Of a stretch of 64,000 nucleotides of DNA, positions 55,661-64,000 are shown in pieces. The stretch spans positions 1 to 64,000 of the IMG/VR virus record IMGVR_UViG_3300043395_000420, one strand, 5' to 3'. A model generated the notes under the pieces. It had not been told where the DNA came from and searched no databases. It was given only the letters and a program-made list of their open reading frames with translations. This DNA comes from a virus. Positions within the stretch are counted from its first letter, which is position 1. Every line of letters begins with the position of its first letter. Both the position numbers and the translations under genes were made by a program.

Positions 55661-57853
55661 TTAATCTATATATTCAATAATTGCACCGCCTGCTTTTAGT
55701 TGTTTAATGGTAGCATCATCAAGGAAGTATACACCTCCTTCTTCATACATTTCTCCACCTGACTTTCCGTAGTACATGTTGAAATTACGTTTGTCGGGGA
55801 ACTGATTACCAAATTGATCATATACTCCTTTATCACCGGTAACAGGATTGACAAGATTTTCATATCCAAACTTGTTCATTACGTCACCTTTTTTCTGTTT
55901 TGCAGCATCTCTTCTATTAGCTGCCATTTCCATAATAGGAGCAATGTAGGCACCCATTCCAAAGTTTTGACCCATTGTAATATCCTGACCAGTATTTATC
56001 CAGTTTTGTTCAGGAAGTTCTGGTGCTTTACCTATAGGCATTGTTGTTTGAGCAGTAGCTGCTTGATTATAACCTAAACCTTGGTTATTACCAACATCTT
56101 CTCCTGTGTCAATCTCCCACATACCGGGATCAAATACCTCACTAGGTCCTTGGTCTCCCTGATACTTTCTCATGAATTTAGTAAGACCTCCTCTTCTGTA
56201 TGTTTCTACCATAGGAGACATACCTTGTTGTCTAATAGGACCGTAGGGCATGTCATCTGGTGAAAGATTAACAGGCGTACCATCATATACGTCAGAAAAC
56301 GTTACTATTCTATTTGATGGATTTGCTGTATTTATTCTAGCAGGTATAGGAGTAGGATTATCTATCCATTCACTATCCATTTCCTGTTGTTTCAATGCTT
56401 CTATTTCGGCCTTTAACTCTTCTGTTGTTCTTGGTATATCAGATGATACAAAATTCATAGGAGTACCAAAAGGATTTTGGGGAGTAGATATACCACCTAT
56501 CGGATTTGTAGTTGTAATCTTTGCAGGAGGTACAACTCTAGGTAAAAATCCAGGTTTTACTGGAGAACTTGGCATTTTATCTTTATTTCCTAAAACCAAA
56601 CCTTCCCATTCATCAGGATATATATTATAAGGATCTTTAGGATTGACCGGTTTAGTCTCAGTAGTTTTTTTATTATCACCTACCCCAGGAGCATTTTGCC
56701 ATTTCTTCCATACATCACTGTTATCTGCTATAATAGATGCTGCACCATTGGGCATAGATGCCATACCAGACATCATTGCAGGAGGCATCTGACCTTTCTT
56801 ACCAAACTCATAATGGTATGTTCTTTCTCTAAGTTGTCCGGGACGACCGGGATCAGAACTACCTGTTAATAAGTTTCCAAATCTACTTGCCGCATTCCAT
56901 CTATATTTATCTCTAATATCCATAACAGACAATCTTGCCTGCATATCTTTTACACTACTTTCATTATTTTTGATATCTTCTTCTTCATCAGCAATTTCTT
57001 GTTCTTCTTCCGGAGAACAGTTACCTGATGCACATTTAGATTTCTTACCTTCTAATGCTTCTATTCTTTTATTTTGTTCATCAATCTTTGCTAATAACTC
57101 CTCATTAGTTAAGGGTTTACTTTCTTCTTGCTTTTCTCCTGTATCAACGTCTGACTGAAATGTTTGAAGACCATACTTAGCTAAACCTAAGTCTTTAGGT
57201 AACATTGCTTTATATGGATCAGGCATGTTAATAGGTTGCGCATCTTCTTGCATATATGGATTAGCAAGATCATATGTATGTATTTTTTTAGCATAAGGTG
57301 TAGAATTAGCCATTGCGGTCATACGCATGTTATTTGCTAAATCATATACCTTATCGGCATTTACCTTACTATACATATTATTATAGTTATTCAAAAAGTT
57401 GCTGGCCTTACTAAAGTCCATACCTGTAAAGGCATCACTATTAGATACTGTATGTGGACCCCCATCTTGAAACACACCTTTCTCTTGAGCCATGTTCATG
57501 GCATCTTCCATTAACCTTTTTTCATTTGCCCGGGCTGCCATATCCTTGACTTTACCCATAAACTTATCTAGTTTATTAATATAGAAGTTTGGTGCTACAT
57601 GGTTATTAGTAATACCTCCTTCGGCCATATATCCCATTCTTGCAGCATCAGATACTTGTCTATCTATAAAACTAGAACCCATGTTCATCATAGGAAGTTG
57701 TCCGGTTTGCATTGCCATGTTAGACATTCCGGAAGTCATACTTCCTCCTACCTGCATGGTAAATGGTACTTGTGGGGTAGGATGTCCATAGTTAAAGAAC
57801 TGTTGCATTGATGCTACTTGAGGAAATACCTCTCTGTTTGTACGCTTATTCAT
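55661..57853 (-). CDS. low-complexity Met/Pro-rich late protein (730 aa) with multiple xxGG motifs
   Basis: ORF; MQVGG, MAEGG, FQDGG, YRRGG, YEEGG. Confidence 0.75.
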   Translation of the reverse strand: MNKRTNREVFPQVASMQQFFNYGHPTPQVPFTMQVGGSMTSGMSNMAMQTGQLPMMNMGSSFIDRQVSDAARMGYMAEGGITNNHVAPNFYINKLDKFMGKVKDMAARANEKRLMEDAMNMAQEKGVFQDGGPHTVSNSDAFTGMDFSKASNFLNNYNNMYSKVNADKVYDLANNMRMTAMANSTPYAKKIHTYDLANPYMQEDAQPINMPDPYKAMLPKDLGLAKYGLQTFQSDVDTGEKQEESKPLTNEELLAKIDEQNKRIEALEGKKSKCASGNCSPEEEQEIADEEEDIKNNESSVKDMQARLSVMDIRDKYRWNAASRFGNLLTGSSDPGRPGQLRERTYHYEFGKKGQMPPAMMSGMASMPNGAASIIADNSDVWKKWQNAPGVGDNKKTTETKPVNPKDPYNIYPDEWEGLVLGNKDKMPSSPVKPGFLPRVVPPAKITTTNPIGGISTPQNPFGTPMNFVSSDIPRTTEELKAEIEALKQQEMDSEWIDNPTPIPARINTANPSNRIVTFSDVYDGTPVNLSPDDMPYGPIRQQGMSPMVETYRRGGLTKFMRKYQGDQGPSEVFDPGMWEIDTGEDVGNNQGLGYNQAATAQTTMPIGKAPELPEQNWINTGQDITMGQNFGMGAYIAPIMEMAANRRDAAKQKKGDVMNKFGYENLVNPVTGDKGVYDQFGNQFPDKRNFNMYYGKSGGEMYEEGGVYFLDDATIKQLKAGGAIIEYID

Positions 57854-57893
57854 AATTGCGCTAATATACTGTTTATATATAAGATATTAAAAT

Positions 57894-60800
57894 TTACTTG
57901 TTTTTCCTAGGAAGACTCTTGATCTTTACTTTCTTTATAGCACCACCGTTCTTTTTAAAATAAAAGTCTCTACCATCAGGATTTGATATACCATCAGGTA
58001 TCATGTTTTTAGCTGAAGTTTTATATAAAATTTCTTCTTTACTTTTATTAGGTATAGGTAATAATCCAATTGTTGCACCATATGCATTATTAAATATATC
58101 TTCTAATGCTTCTCTTCCTTTATACTTTAATGGTCTATTATCATTAAATATTGTACCTAGTTCATGTCCTACTCCCATAGCATTTGCACCTAACCAACCT
58201 AATGCTGGAGAAATTACAGGTATGTTTCCTGTTTTCTTTGCTATAGCTTGTTGAGTATACATACCAGCTAAAGGATGTCTAAAATTATCTACTGGATCTT
58301 CTCCTGGTTCTATTCCTTCTTCTGCTTCACGAGCTGCTTTACCCATAGGATCTCCTAATGATTTATTTAATCTATCCTCATATGACATTCTTGTTTCAAT
58401 AACAGGTAAAGATCTTTCACTATGCGTAGATTCCCAGATATCATTTTCCGGATTATATATCATAGAAAACTTTTGCAATTCTGTATTAGGAATAACATTA
58501 CCTTTTGAATCTATATATCTAGCATATGTTTTAAAATTCGGATCTAAATATATACTTTCACCTGTTGGTGTTTTGTATTCTTTACCTTTAGCACCACCAT
58601 CTTGCATTCTTACTAGACCTCCATTCTTAAATTCATATTGACCTAGATAGCTACCACCATTTTTGAAACTAACAAACTGTTTATTGACAGCTGGTTTATC
58701 TGTTTGACTTTCATAAAGTTTAGAACCTAGATAACCTGCACCTATTGCAGGTACTGCAACTGGTAATATTTTAATTGCAGCTCTTTTTTCTGCTAAAGAT
58801 GTTTCTGGTTTAAAATGTTTATTGAGATTTCCTTCTTCAATTAAGTAATCTGTAAAATCATCTCTATCCTGTTTAAGAATTTTTACAGCTTCTTCCATAG
58901 ATATACCGTGATCTTTCATCATATCTTTAGCAGTTTTTAATCTAGCTTTACCTAATTCTGAATGTAATTCTCCAAGACCTGATAACCATGTTTGATAAGT
59001 ATATTTACCATTATCAGGAGCGGTTGGTTCTACCATAATACTTTTAAACATTTTAGCTAAATCATTTTTATCATGATTTACATAATAAGCGTAATTAGGA
59101 TCATGGTGTTGTACAGCATCTATCCAGTTATTAATTAACTGTCTATCATGATTTATTTCATGAATACCTACCCCACCTACTTCAGTAGGATTAACCAACA
59201 TATTTTGCTCTAAATCAACTAATGATTTTTTAGTTTTTGTTTTAAAAGGATTTGACCAACTCCAAGGTAATTTTTCTTTTTTTATGTGAGTTGTTATAAT
59301 AGGTTTTTTTCTAGTACCTAATGTAATTGTACTATTATTTAGTCTAACACCGCCTATATCGTCAATATTTTGTCTTAAAAAGAGTTTTTCAAGTTCTAAC
59401 AAGTTTTGAAAACTAGGGTCATCCTCATTAAAATATACTAACTTGTTTCTTTCATCATTTGGTAAAACCACTTGTAGTTTATCAATATCATAATCATTAT
59501 TTGCTTTCTTTAACTCTAATGCTTTTCTTTCAAATTCAGGATCATATATACTAATACTATTTTTTAAATCATCTATGGCTTTATCTAATTCGGCTTTTTC
59601 ATTAAAAGTAGTTAACCATAGAGTATTTTCTTGTCTTTCTAATGCTTCTTTTTCATCTGTTAATCTTGCAAGATTTTTTCCTTCTGTATCACTAGCTAAT
59701 TCTAATTCTATTTCATTAGATCTTTTATCCAACTCAGCTACTTTATCATAATATTCTTTATCTTTAATAGCTTTTGCATCCTTAAGTTTTTGTATTTCAG
59801 GTTTTATTTTTTCATAATCTTCTAAACCTTGCTTACTATATGTCCATAATTTATCAAACTCTGTAGCTTCATCAAATGCTTTTTGTTGGTCTGCTCTTGT
59901 AAAACTTTTTGAATAACCCGATTCAGGTACTCTGTCTATACTTACTTTTTGACGTTCTAAATCTTGCAGACCTTCTAACTCTATTTCGTCTAAACTCTTA
60001 CCAATTTTGTTTTCTTTAAAAAATTCATCTATAGTACGATTGTTATATACTTTAGAAGGTATGTTTTTTGAAACTTTTTTTGCAATTGACCCAAATGGTA
60101 AAAATCCTGCAATGTTTAGTCCTGCTTCTCCAGCACCACCCCAAGTAGTATATGTTTCTTTTTCTCCTAAGTCTCTACCAACTCTTCCTATATCCATTAG
60201 TACAGATGCAGGATTGAATGCTCCTATTATATCACTCATAGGAGATGATGTAGGATAGTTACCACTTAGGTTACCTTGTGGTATATAACCTCTTTGTATC
60301 AATGATCCTAATGCATCAAGAGGTTGATCCATTGCATAAATAAACTGGTGCTTTAATCTTTCAAAACCTTCAGGTGCAGGTTTAAGAGTCCCTTGTTGAT
60401 CTGCCAAATATTTTTCAAAATCTTCTTTTTTAGTATCTATTACTAAAGGTGCCATTGATGTACCAGATTCCCATATATTATCTTGCACATCAAATAAAGA
60501 CATGTTCTGATCTGGCGTTATAGCATTACCTTTTTCATCTACATAGTAACGTTGGTTCTTAAACCTAGGATCTAAATATAAACTTTGTCCTGTAGGAGTT
60601 TTATACTCTCTCCAACCTTTACCTTTAGGACTAACTTGACTTGGTGAGTCATCTCCCTGCATCTTTACTAACCCACCGTTTCTAAACATATACTTTCCTA
60701 AGTAAATACCTCCACCGGTTTCCATTGCACTTAAACCTTTAGTATATAAATTCTGATGACCTCTTGATCTATTCTCCCATTTTTCAGGAGTAATTCTCCA

Positions 60801-63800
60801 ACTTCTAATAGGTTCAAGTGCTTTTTCACCAGGTGTTCCTAAATGAATATAATGCGCATATTTATTAACAGGGTCATAATCCGGATGATGAGTTTTCATA
60901 TAATCCTGAACACTTTGATTATATAACTCATTTGTTTCTTGTTCTAATCTTTTAATTTGTTCTCTGATAGGTTGCTGTTCTTCCCACGTGTATTTGCTTA
61001 ATGATTCTCCTAATTCACGCGCCTTTTTCATTTTTTCCTGATAAGGTTGAGTCTTTAACCATTCAGATAAATTTTTACTAGTACCTTCTTTTTTAATTAA
61101 AAAATCAAAAGCATCTGTTGCCTGATTTGATCTTTCTGTTCTTAATAGTTTTTTATCATATGTTAGAGGGGGAAATAATTCATCCATTTTAGCCTGTTTT
61201 ACTGCCGCAAACTCATCCATAAAATCATCTAGTACATCGTCAGGTACAAATTCACCATCAGCAACACCATATTTTTTTCTTAAATCTTTTTGTAATTTTG
61301 GAACCTCATCTAAAAATGTATTTAATCTATCATATTTTTCTTGGCTTATACTACCTCTTTCTAGATAATGTTTAAGATCGTCTCTTGTAACACCTCTTAA
61401 AGTTTCTAAACTAACTCCTCTTTCACCAGCTTTAGGTAAATATTCATCATAGTACTCGGGTCTATTTTCAGTTATCCAGTCTTGTCTATTAGCTGATGAA
61501 AAGTTTGTAGGTCGTTTTGCTTTAACAATATAACCGTTACCATAAGTGTATCCTTCAGCTGTACGCATTGAGTTACTTGTATACAAACCTTCTAAACCCC
61601 TACCTAAGTAATGATTATCTAATGATGCTCTTCCATATCCTGTACTTATAGGAATATGCGTTGCCATATATTCAGCTGCACCTTGAGGGTTATTTATATA
61701 ATCTATACCATTTTTTTCAAAATTGTCTGTAATGTTTTTCCATAGTTCTTTACCTTTTTCAGGTCCGTATTCTCTAACTAATGCTTTTTGTAATTCATCC
61801 CAATTAGTACTTATACCTCTTACAAAAGTATTATGTCTATTCATTAAACCTCTAATAGTTCTATTAGTTAGTTCATCTGATTGTGCTATTCTTTCTAGGT
61901 TAGCAGGAAGTTCGTATCCATATTGATTTGCAAATTCTTGTAACTTTTGAAGATCTTCTAAATTTTTAGATGCATTTGCAGAAGAACTTGTCACATTTTT
62001 TAACAGGGTTTCTGTAGTAATAAATTTACCGGTTTGTTTTGCACCACTTATAGCAGCTTTTCCTATACCTACACCAACAAAGTCTAATGCATTTAGTCCT
62101 GTTGCAATTGCTGCATCTGTAATATTTGATGTTGTAGGATTATCAACAGCTTTAGATATTATATTATATGTATGTGGTAATTGAGTAATTCCGTATCCTG
62201 TACCTAATGCAGCTATTGTATTACCTACTGTAATTCCAGGAACTGCAGAACCTGCTACAATCATTGGTGCTTCTAATGATCCTATTACAGCTGGTGCCGC
62301 AAATGGTGCTGCTAATACTCCAGTTGCTAATGCTGACTTCTGTACAAAATCTTTTTGATTATCAATAATGTACTGTCTAGCTTTTTCAGGAGTCATTTTT
62401 GTTACGTCCTTTTTTATCTTACCAACTATTTTTTTATCTTGCTGATCCCATGTACGTTTATCTTTAGATAAAGTTTTAGTAGTCTGATCTACTTCAGTTT
62501 GTTGATCAGGTTTTAAAAAATGTAAAGTTCTAGTATGTGGATTATACCCACCTTTTCCTTCATAAACTAGTTTACGAATTTGTGCGTCATATCTATCATC
62601 TCCAGAATACATTGCACGATTATCAAACCATTCAGGATTATCTTTATAAGTAAGAACTTGATTAGGATATGTATTAAGGTCTACTTGTCCTTTGTCTTGA
62701 TATTTTACAAGTCCCCCATACTGTTTCTGAATTTTATTCTTTTCATTGTAGTAATCTTTTTCTTCAGACTCTACAGCTCTCATAACATATTTCTTATTTA
62801 CATTATCCCAGACAGCTTCATAGTTTGGTTGCTGACCTGTTCTATTGCCATAATTAAGTTGACCAATGTTTTGAGATTTTCTAAAAGTCTTACCCAGACC
62901 TATATTAGTATCAATGTTCTTTAAACTAGGTACTGTTACTGGTAATCTTTTAAGAGGTAATGGTTCTATCCTGTTTAATGTTTCATCATCTACTATTCCT
63001 AGTCCAATATTTGGATCAAAATTAGGATCTCCTGTCCATACTGGTATTGTTTTAGGAGCAGCATATCTAGGACTCCATGCTCTACCATCCCAGTAAACTC
63101 CTACAGGTCTAATTTTAGGATGTACAACATCTGCTGATGTATGATACATAATATTATCATCAGTAAGTCCTAAAGATTTGTAATACTTAATAAGGTCTCT
63201 GTCTTCTTTTGTGACAAAGTAGTTATCAGTAAACATATCTTTTTCATTTATAAAGTCTTTAGCCATTGGGCCGTAACTTTCTAAACCTGGAACAACTCTT
63301 GGAATTCTATTATTTTTTAAATTTTTTACACTAAAGTCTGAAATAGGTGGTGCATTTTTTATACTTTTTCTTGCAGCTGTGTATTGGTTACTAGGAGCAT
63401 TTTTATTCATTAACCTATTCTGCATAACCATAGCTTGATTCAAAATAGTACTATCTTGATATGCAGCAAATGCTTTTAAGAACTCATCTTTATCATCAAT
63501 ATATCGTGGTACTTGTCCTTTCTTCTGATATTTAGTAAGTCCCCCGTATTGCTTTTTAATTTTATTTTTCTCATTATAGTAATTTTGTTCTTCTGGTTCT
63601 ATTTCCTGCATAGTCCATTTTTTATTTGTGTTGTCCCATACGGCTTTATAATTTGGTTGTTGACCCGTACGATTTCCATAATTTAATTGACCTATACTTT
63701 GAGAATCAAATCTACCTTTACCTAAACCTATTCTTGTATCAATTGATCTTAACTGTGGTACAGTTACTGGTAATTTAGTTAGTGGTTTAGATTCTATTCT

Positions 63801-64000
63801 TTCTAATGGCGGTTCAAATACTACAGGTTGAGTTGGTTTTTTATAAACTGGAGCATTTGGATCAGATAAAGGTAATCCCCAACCATACCAACTACCCCTT
63901 ATTGGTTCTAATTCTTCTTTATTTAAGTCTTCTAGTCTATCAAAAGCATCATGAACATTTCTGGGTACAAAACCACGTGTTGTTAGTATTTCTCTTGCTT
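57894..64000 (-). CDS. modular polyvalent protein (5'-truncated; more than 2030 aa) with internal repeats and ART-like, zincin and DxxRH..NN domains
   Basis: The frame of ORF 57894..63611 stays open to the window edge (129 further codons, including a repeat copy). Confidence 0.85.
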   Translation of the reverse strand, partial: AREILTTRGFVPRNVHDAFDRLEDLNKEELEPIRGSWYGWGLPLSDPNAPVYKKPTQPVVFEPPLERIESKPLTKLPVTVPQLRSIDTRIGLGKGRFDSQSIGQLNYGNRTGQQPNYKAVWDNTNKKWTMQEIEPEEQNYYNEKNKIKKQYGGLTKYQKKGQVPRYIDDKDEFLKAFAAYQDSTILNQAMVMQNRLMNKNAPSNQYTAARKSIKNAPPISDFSVKNLKNNRIPRVVPGLESYGPMAKDFINEKDMFTDNYFVTKEDRDLIKYYKSLGLTDDNIMYHTSADVVHPKIRPVGVYWDGRAWSPRYAAPKTIPVWTGDPNFDPNIGLGIVDDETLNRIEPLPLKRLPVTVPSLKNIDTNIGLGKTFRKSQNIGQLNYGNRTGQQPNYEAVWDNVNKKYVMRAVESEEKDYYNEKNKIQKQYGGLVKYQDKGQVDLNTYPNQVLTYKDNPEWFDNRAMYSGDDRYDAQIRKLVYEGKGGYNPHTRTLHFLKPDQQTEVDQTTKTLSKDKRTWDQQDKKIVGKIKKDVTKMTPEKARQYIIDNQKDFVQKSALATGVLAAPFAAPAVIGSLEAPMIVAGSAVPGITVGNTIAALGTGYGITQLPHTYNIISKAVDNPTTSNITDAAIATGLNALDFVGVGIGKAAISGAKQTGKFITTETLLKNVTSSSANASKNLEDLQKLQEFANQYGYELPANLERIAQSDELTNRTIRGLMNRHNTFVRGISTNWDELQKALVREYGPEKGKELWKNITDNFEKNGIDYINNPQGAAEYMATHIPISTGYGRASLDNHYLGRGLEGLYTSNSMRTAEGYTYGNGYIVKAKRPTNFSSANRQDWITENRPEYYDEYLPKAGERGVSLETLRGVTRDDLKHYLERGSISQEKYDRLNTFLDEVPKLQKDLRKKYGVADGEFVPDDVLDDFMDEFAAVKQAKMDELFPPLTYDKKLLRTERSNQATDAFDFLIKKEGTSKNLSEWLKTQPYQEKMKKARELGESLSKYTWEEQQPIREQIKRLEQETNELYNQSVQDYMKTHHPDYDPVNKYAHYIHLGTPGEKALEPIRSWRITPEKWENRSRGHQNLYTKGLSAMETGGGIYLGKYMFRNGGLVKMQGDDSPSQVSPKGKGWREYKTPTGQSLYLDPRFKNQRYYVDEKGNAITPDQNMSLFDVQDNIWESGTSMAPLVIDTKKEDFEKYLADQQGTLKPAPEGFERLKHQFIYAMDQPLDALGSLIQRGYIPQGNLSGNYPTSSPMSDIIGAFNPASVLMDIGRVGRDLGEKETYTTWGGAGEAGLNIAGFLPFGSIAKKVSKNIPSKVYNNRTIDEFFKENKIGKSLDEIELEGLQDLERQKVSIDRVPESGYSKSFTRADQQKAFDEATEFDKLWTYSKQGLEDYEKIKPEIQKLKDAKAIKDKEYYDKVAELDKRSNEIELELASDTEGKNLARLTDEKEALERQENTLWLTTFNEKAELDKAIDDLKNSISIYDPEFERKALELKKANNDYDIDKLQVVLPNDERNKLVYFNEDDPSFQNLLELEKLFLRQNIDDIGGVRLNNSTITLGTRKKPIITTHIKKEKLPWSWSNPFKTKTKKSLVDLEQNMLVNPTEVGGVGIHEINHDRQLINNWIDAVQHHDPNYAYYVNHDKNDLAKMFKSIMVEPTAPDNGKYTYQTWLSGLGELHSELGKARLKTAKDMMKDHGISMEEAVKILKQDRDDFTDYLIEEGNLNKHFKPETSLAEKRAAIKILPVAVPAIGAGYLGSKLYESQTDKPAVNKQFVSFKNGGSYLGQYEFKNGGLVRMQDGGAKGKEYKTPTGESIYLDPNFKTYARYIDSKGNVIPNTELQKFSMIYNPENDIWESTHSERSLPVIETRMSYEDRLNKSLGDPMGKAAREAEEGIEPGEDPVDNFRHPLAGMYTQQAIAKKTGNIPVISPALGWLGANAMGVGHELGTIFNDNRPLKYKGREALEDIFNNAYGATIGLLPIPNKSKEEILYKTSAKNMIPDGISNPDGRDFYFKKNGGAIKKVKIKSLPRKNK
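58428..58668 (-). repeat. internal repeat B, copy 2
   Basis: Matches 60465..60725. Confidence 0.85.
60465..60725 (-). repeat. internal repeat B, copy 1
   Basis: GG.YLG.Y.F.NGGLV.MQ...EYKTPTG.S.YLDP.FK...Y.D.KGN.I...IWES. Confidence 0.85.
62682..62978 (-). repeat. 99-aa internal repeat A, copy 2
   Basis: LNRIEP..LPVTVP..IGLGK..IGQLNYGNRTGQQPNY.AVWDN..YYNEKNKI.KQYGGL.KYQ.KGQV. Confidence 0.9.
63510..63806 (-). repeat. 99-aa internal repeat A, copy 1
   Basis: Ungapped match to 62682..62978; period 828 nt. Confidence 0.9.

Larger units (their letters stand above)
1..64000. mobile_element. Fragment of a crAss-like (Crassvirales-type) bacteriophage genome, probable Bacteroidota host
   Basis: Dense, operon-like phage genes with a PolB/DnaB/primase/UDG replication module. 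It converges on a module with giant virion proteins that include a DFDID two-barrel RNAP. No host housekeeping genes, essentially no SD motifs, TAnnTTTG boxes present. Confidence 0.9.

Noticed and set aside
25546-63096. Many short + strand ORFs opposite the giant genes, and short antisense or alternate-frame ORFs in 1-20 kb
   Set aside because: Shadow ORFs fully nested in long genes, with biased S/L/F/I composition and no motifs
57894-63611. Start of the polyprotein at 63611
   Set aside because: That Met lies inside repeat A and the frame is open to the window edge; the true start is outside the window
62682-63806. DGR template/variable repeat pair
   Set aside because: Both copies are in-frame coding, differences are not restricted to adenines, and no reverse transcriptase is in the window
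1-64000. Stop-codon reassignment (TAG or TGA), common in some crAss-like phages
   Set aside because: Genes up to 13 kb are uninterrupted in the standard code, and TAG/TGA serve as real stops at gene ends
1-64000. tRNA genes, CRISPR array, rRNA
   Set aside because: Intergenic gaps are under about 70 nt; no cloverleaf or repeat-spacer pattern seen

Overview
The whole window is AT-rich bacteriophage DNA, most consistent with a crAss-like phage (Crassvirales-type) of a Bacteroidota host. The host call rests on A-rich leaders with essentially no Shine-Dalgarno sequences and on TAnnTTTG promoter boxes. The standard genetic code gives intact ORFs. Two modules converge at about 20.67 kb. The + strand (1-20668) carries replication and nucleotide genes: UDG, DnaB, Sak4/AAA_24, SSB, primase, GIY-YIG, PD-(D/E)XK nuclease, PolB and a MazG-like pyrophosphatase. 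It also carries a MoxR-ATPase/vWA-peptidase cluster flanked by three paralogous proteins. The - strand (64000-20665) carries virion cargo and lysis genes: a 5'-truncated modular polyprotein, cargo proteins, three giant ejection-type proteins (the middle one a 4419-aa virion RNA polymerase with fused helicase and other domains), three paralogous fibre-like proteins, a lysis cassette and small basic proteins. Three signals stand out. (1) The three giant proteins have only 5 Cys in 8223 aa, and 4 of them sit at exactly the termini that would link the proteins head-to-tail in gene order; an unannotated 51-aa CxxC-tail microprotein lies nearby. (2) A recurrent [F/M/Y]-x-x-G-G motif is concentrated in a subset of late proteins and delimits toxin-like modules in the polyprotein. 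(3) The MoxR/vWA cluster has three clients or adaptors that share a motif. All family assignments come from motif recognition by eye; no database search was run.
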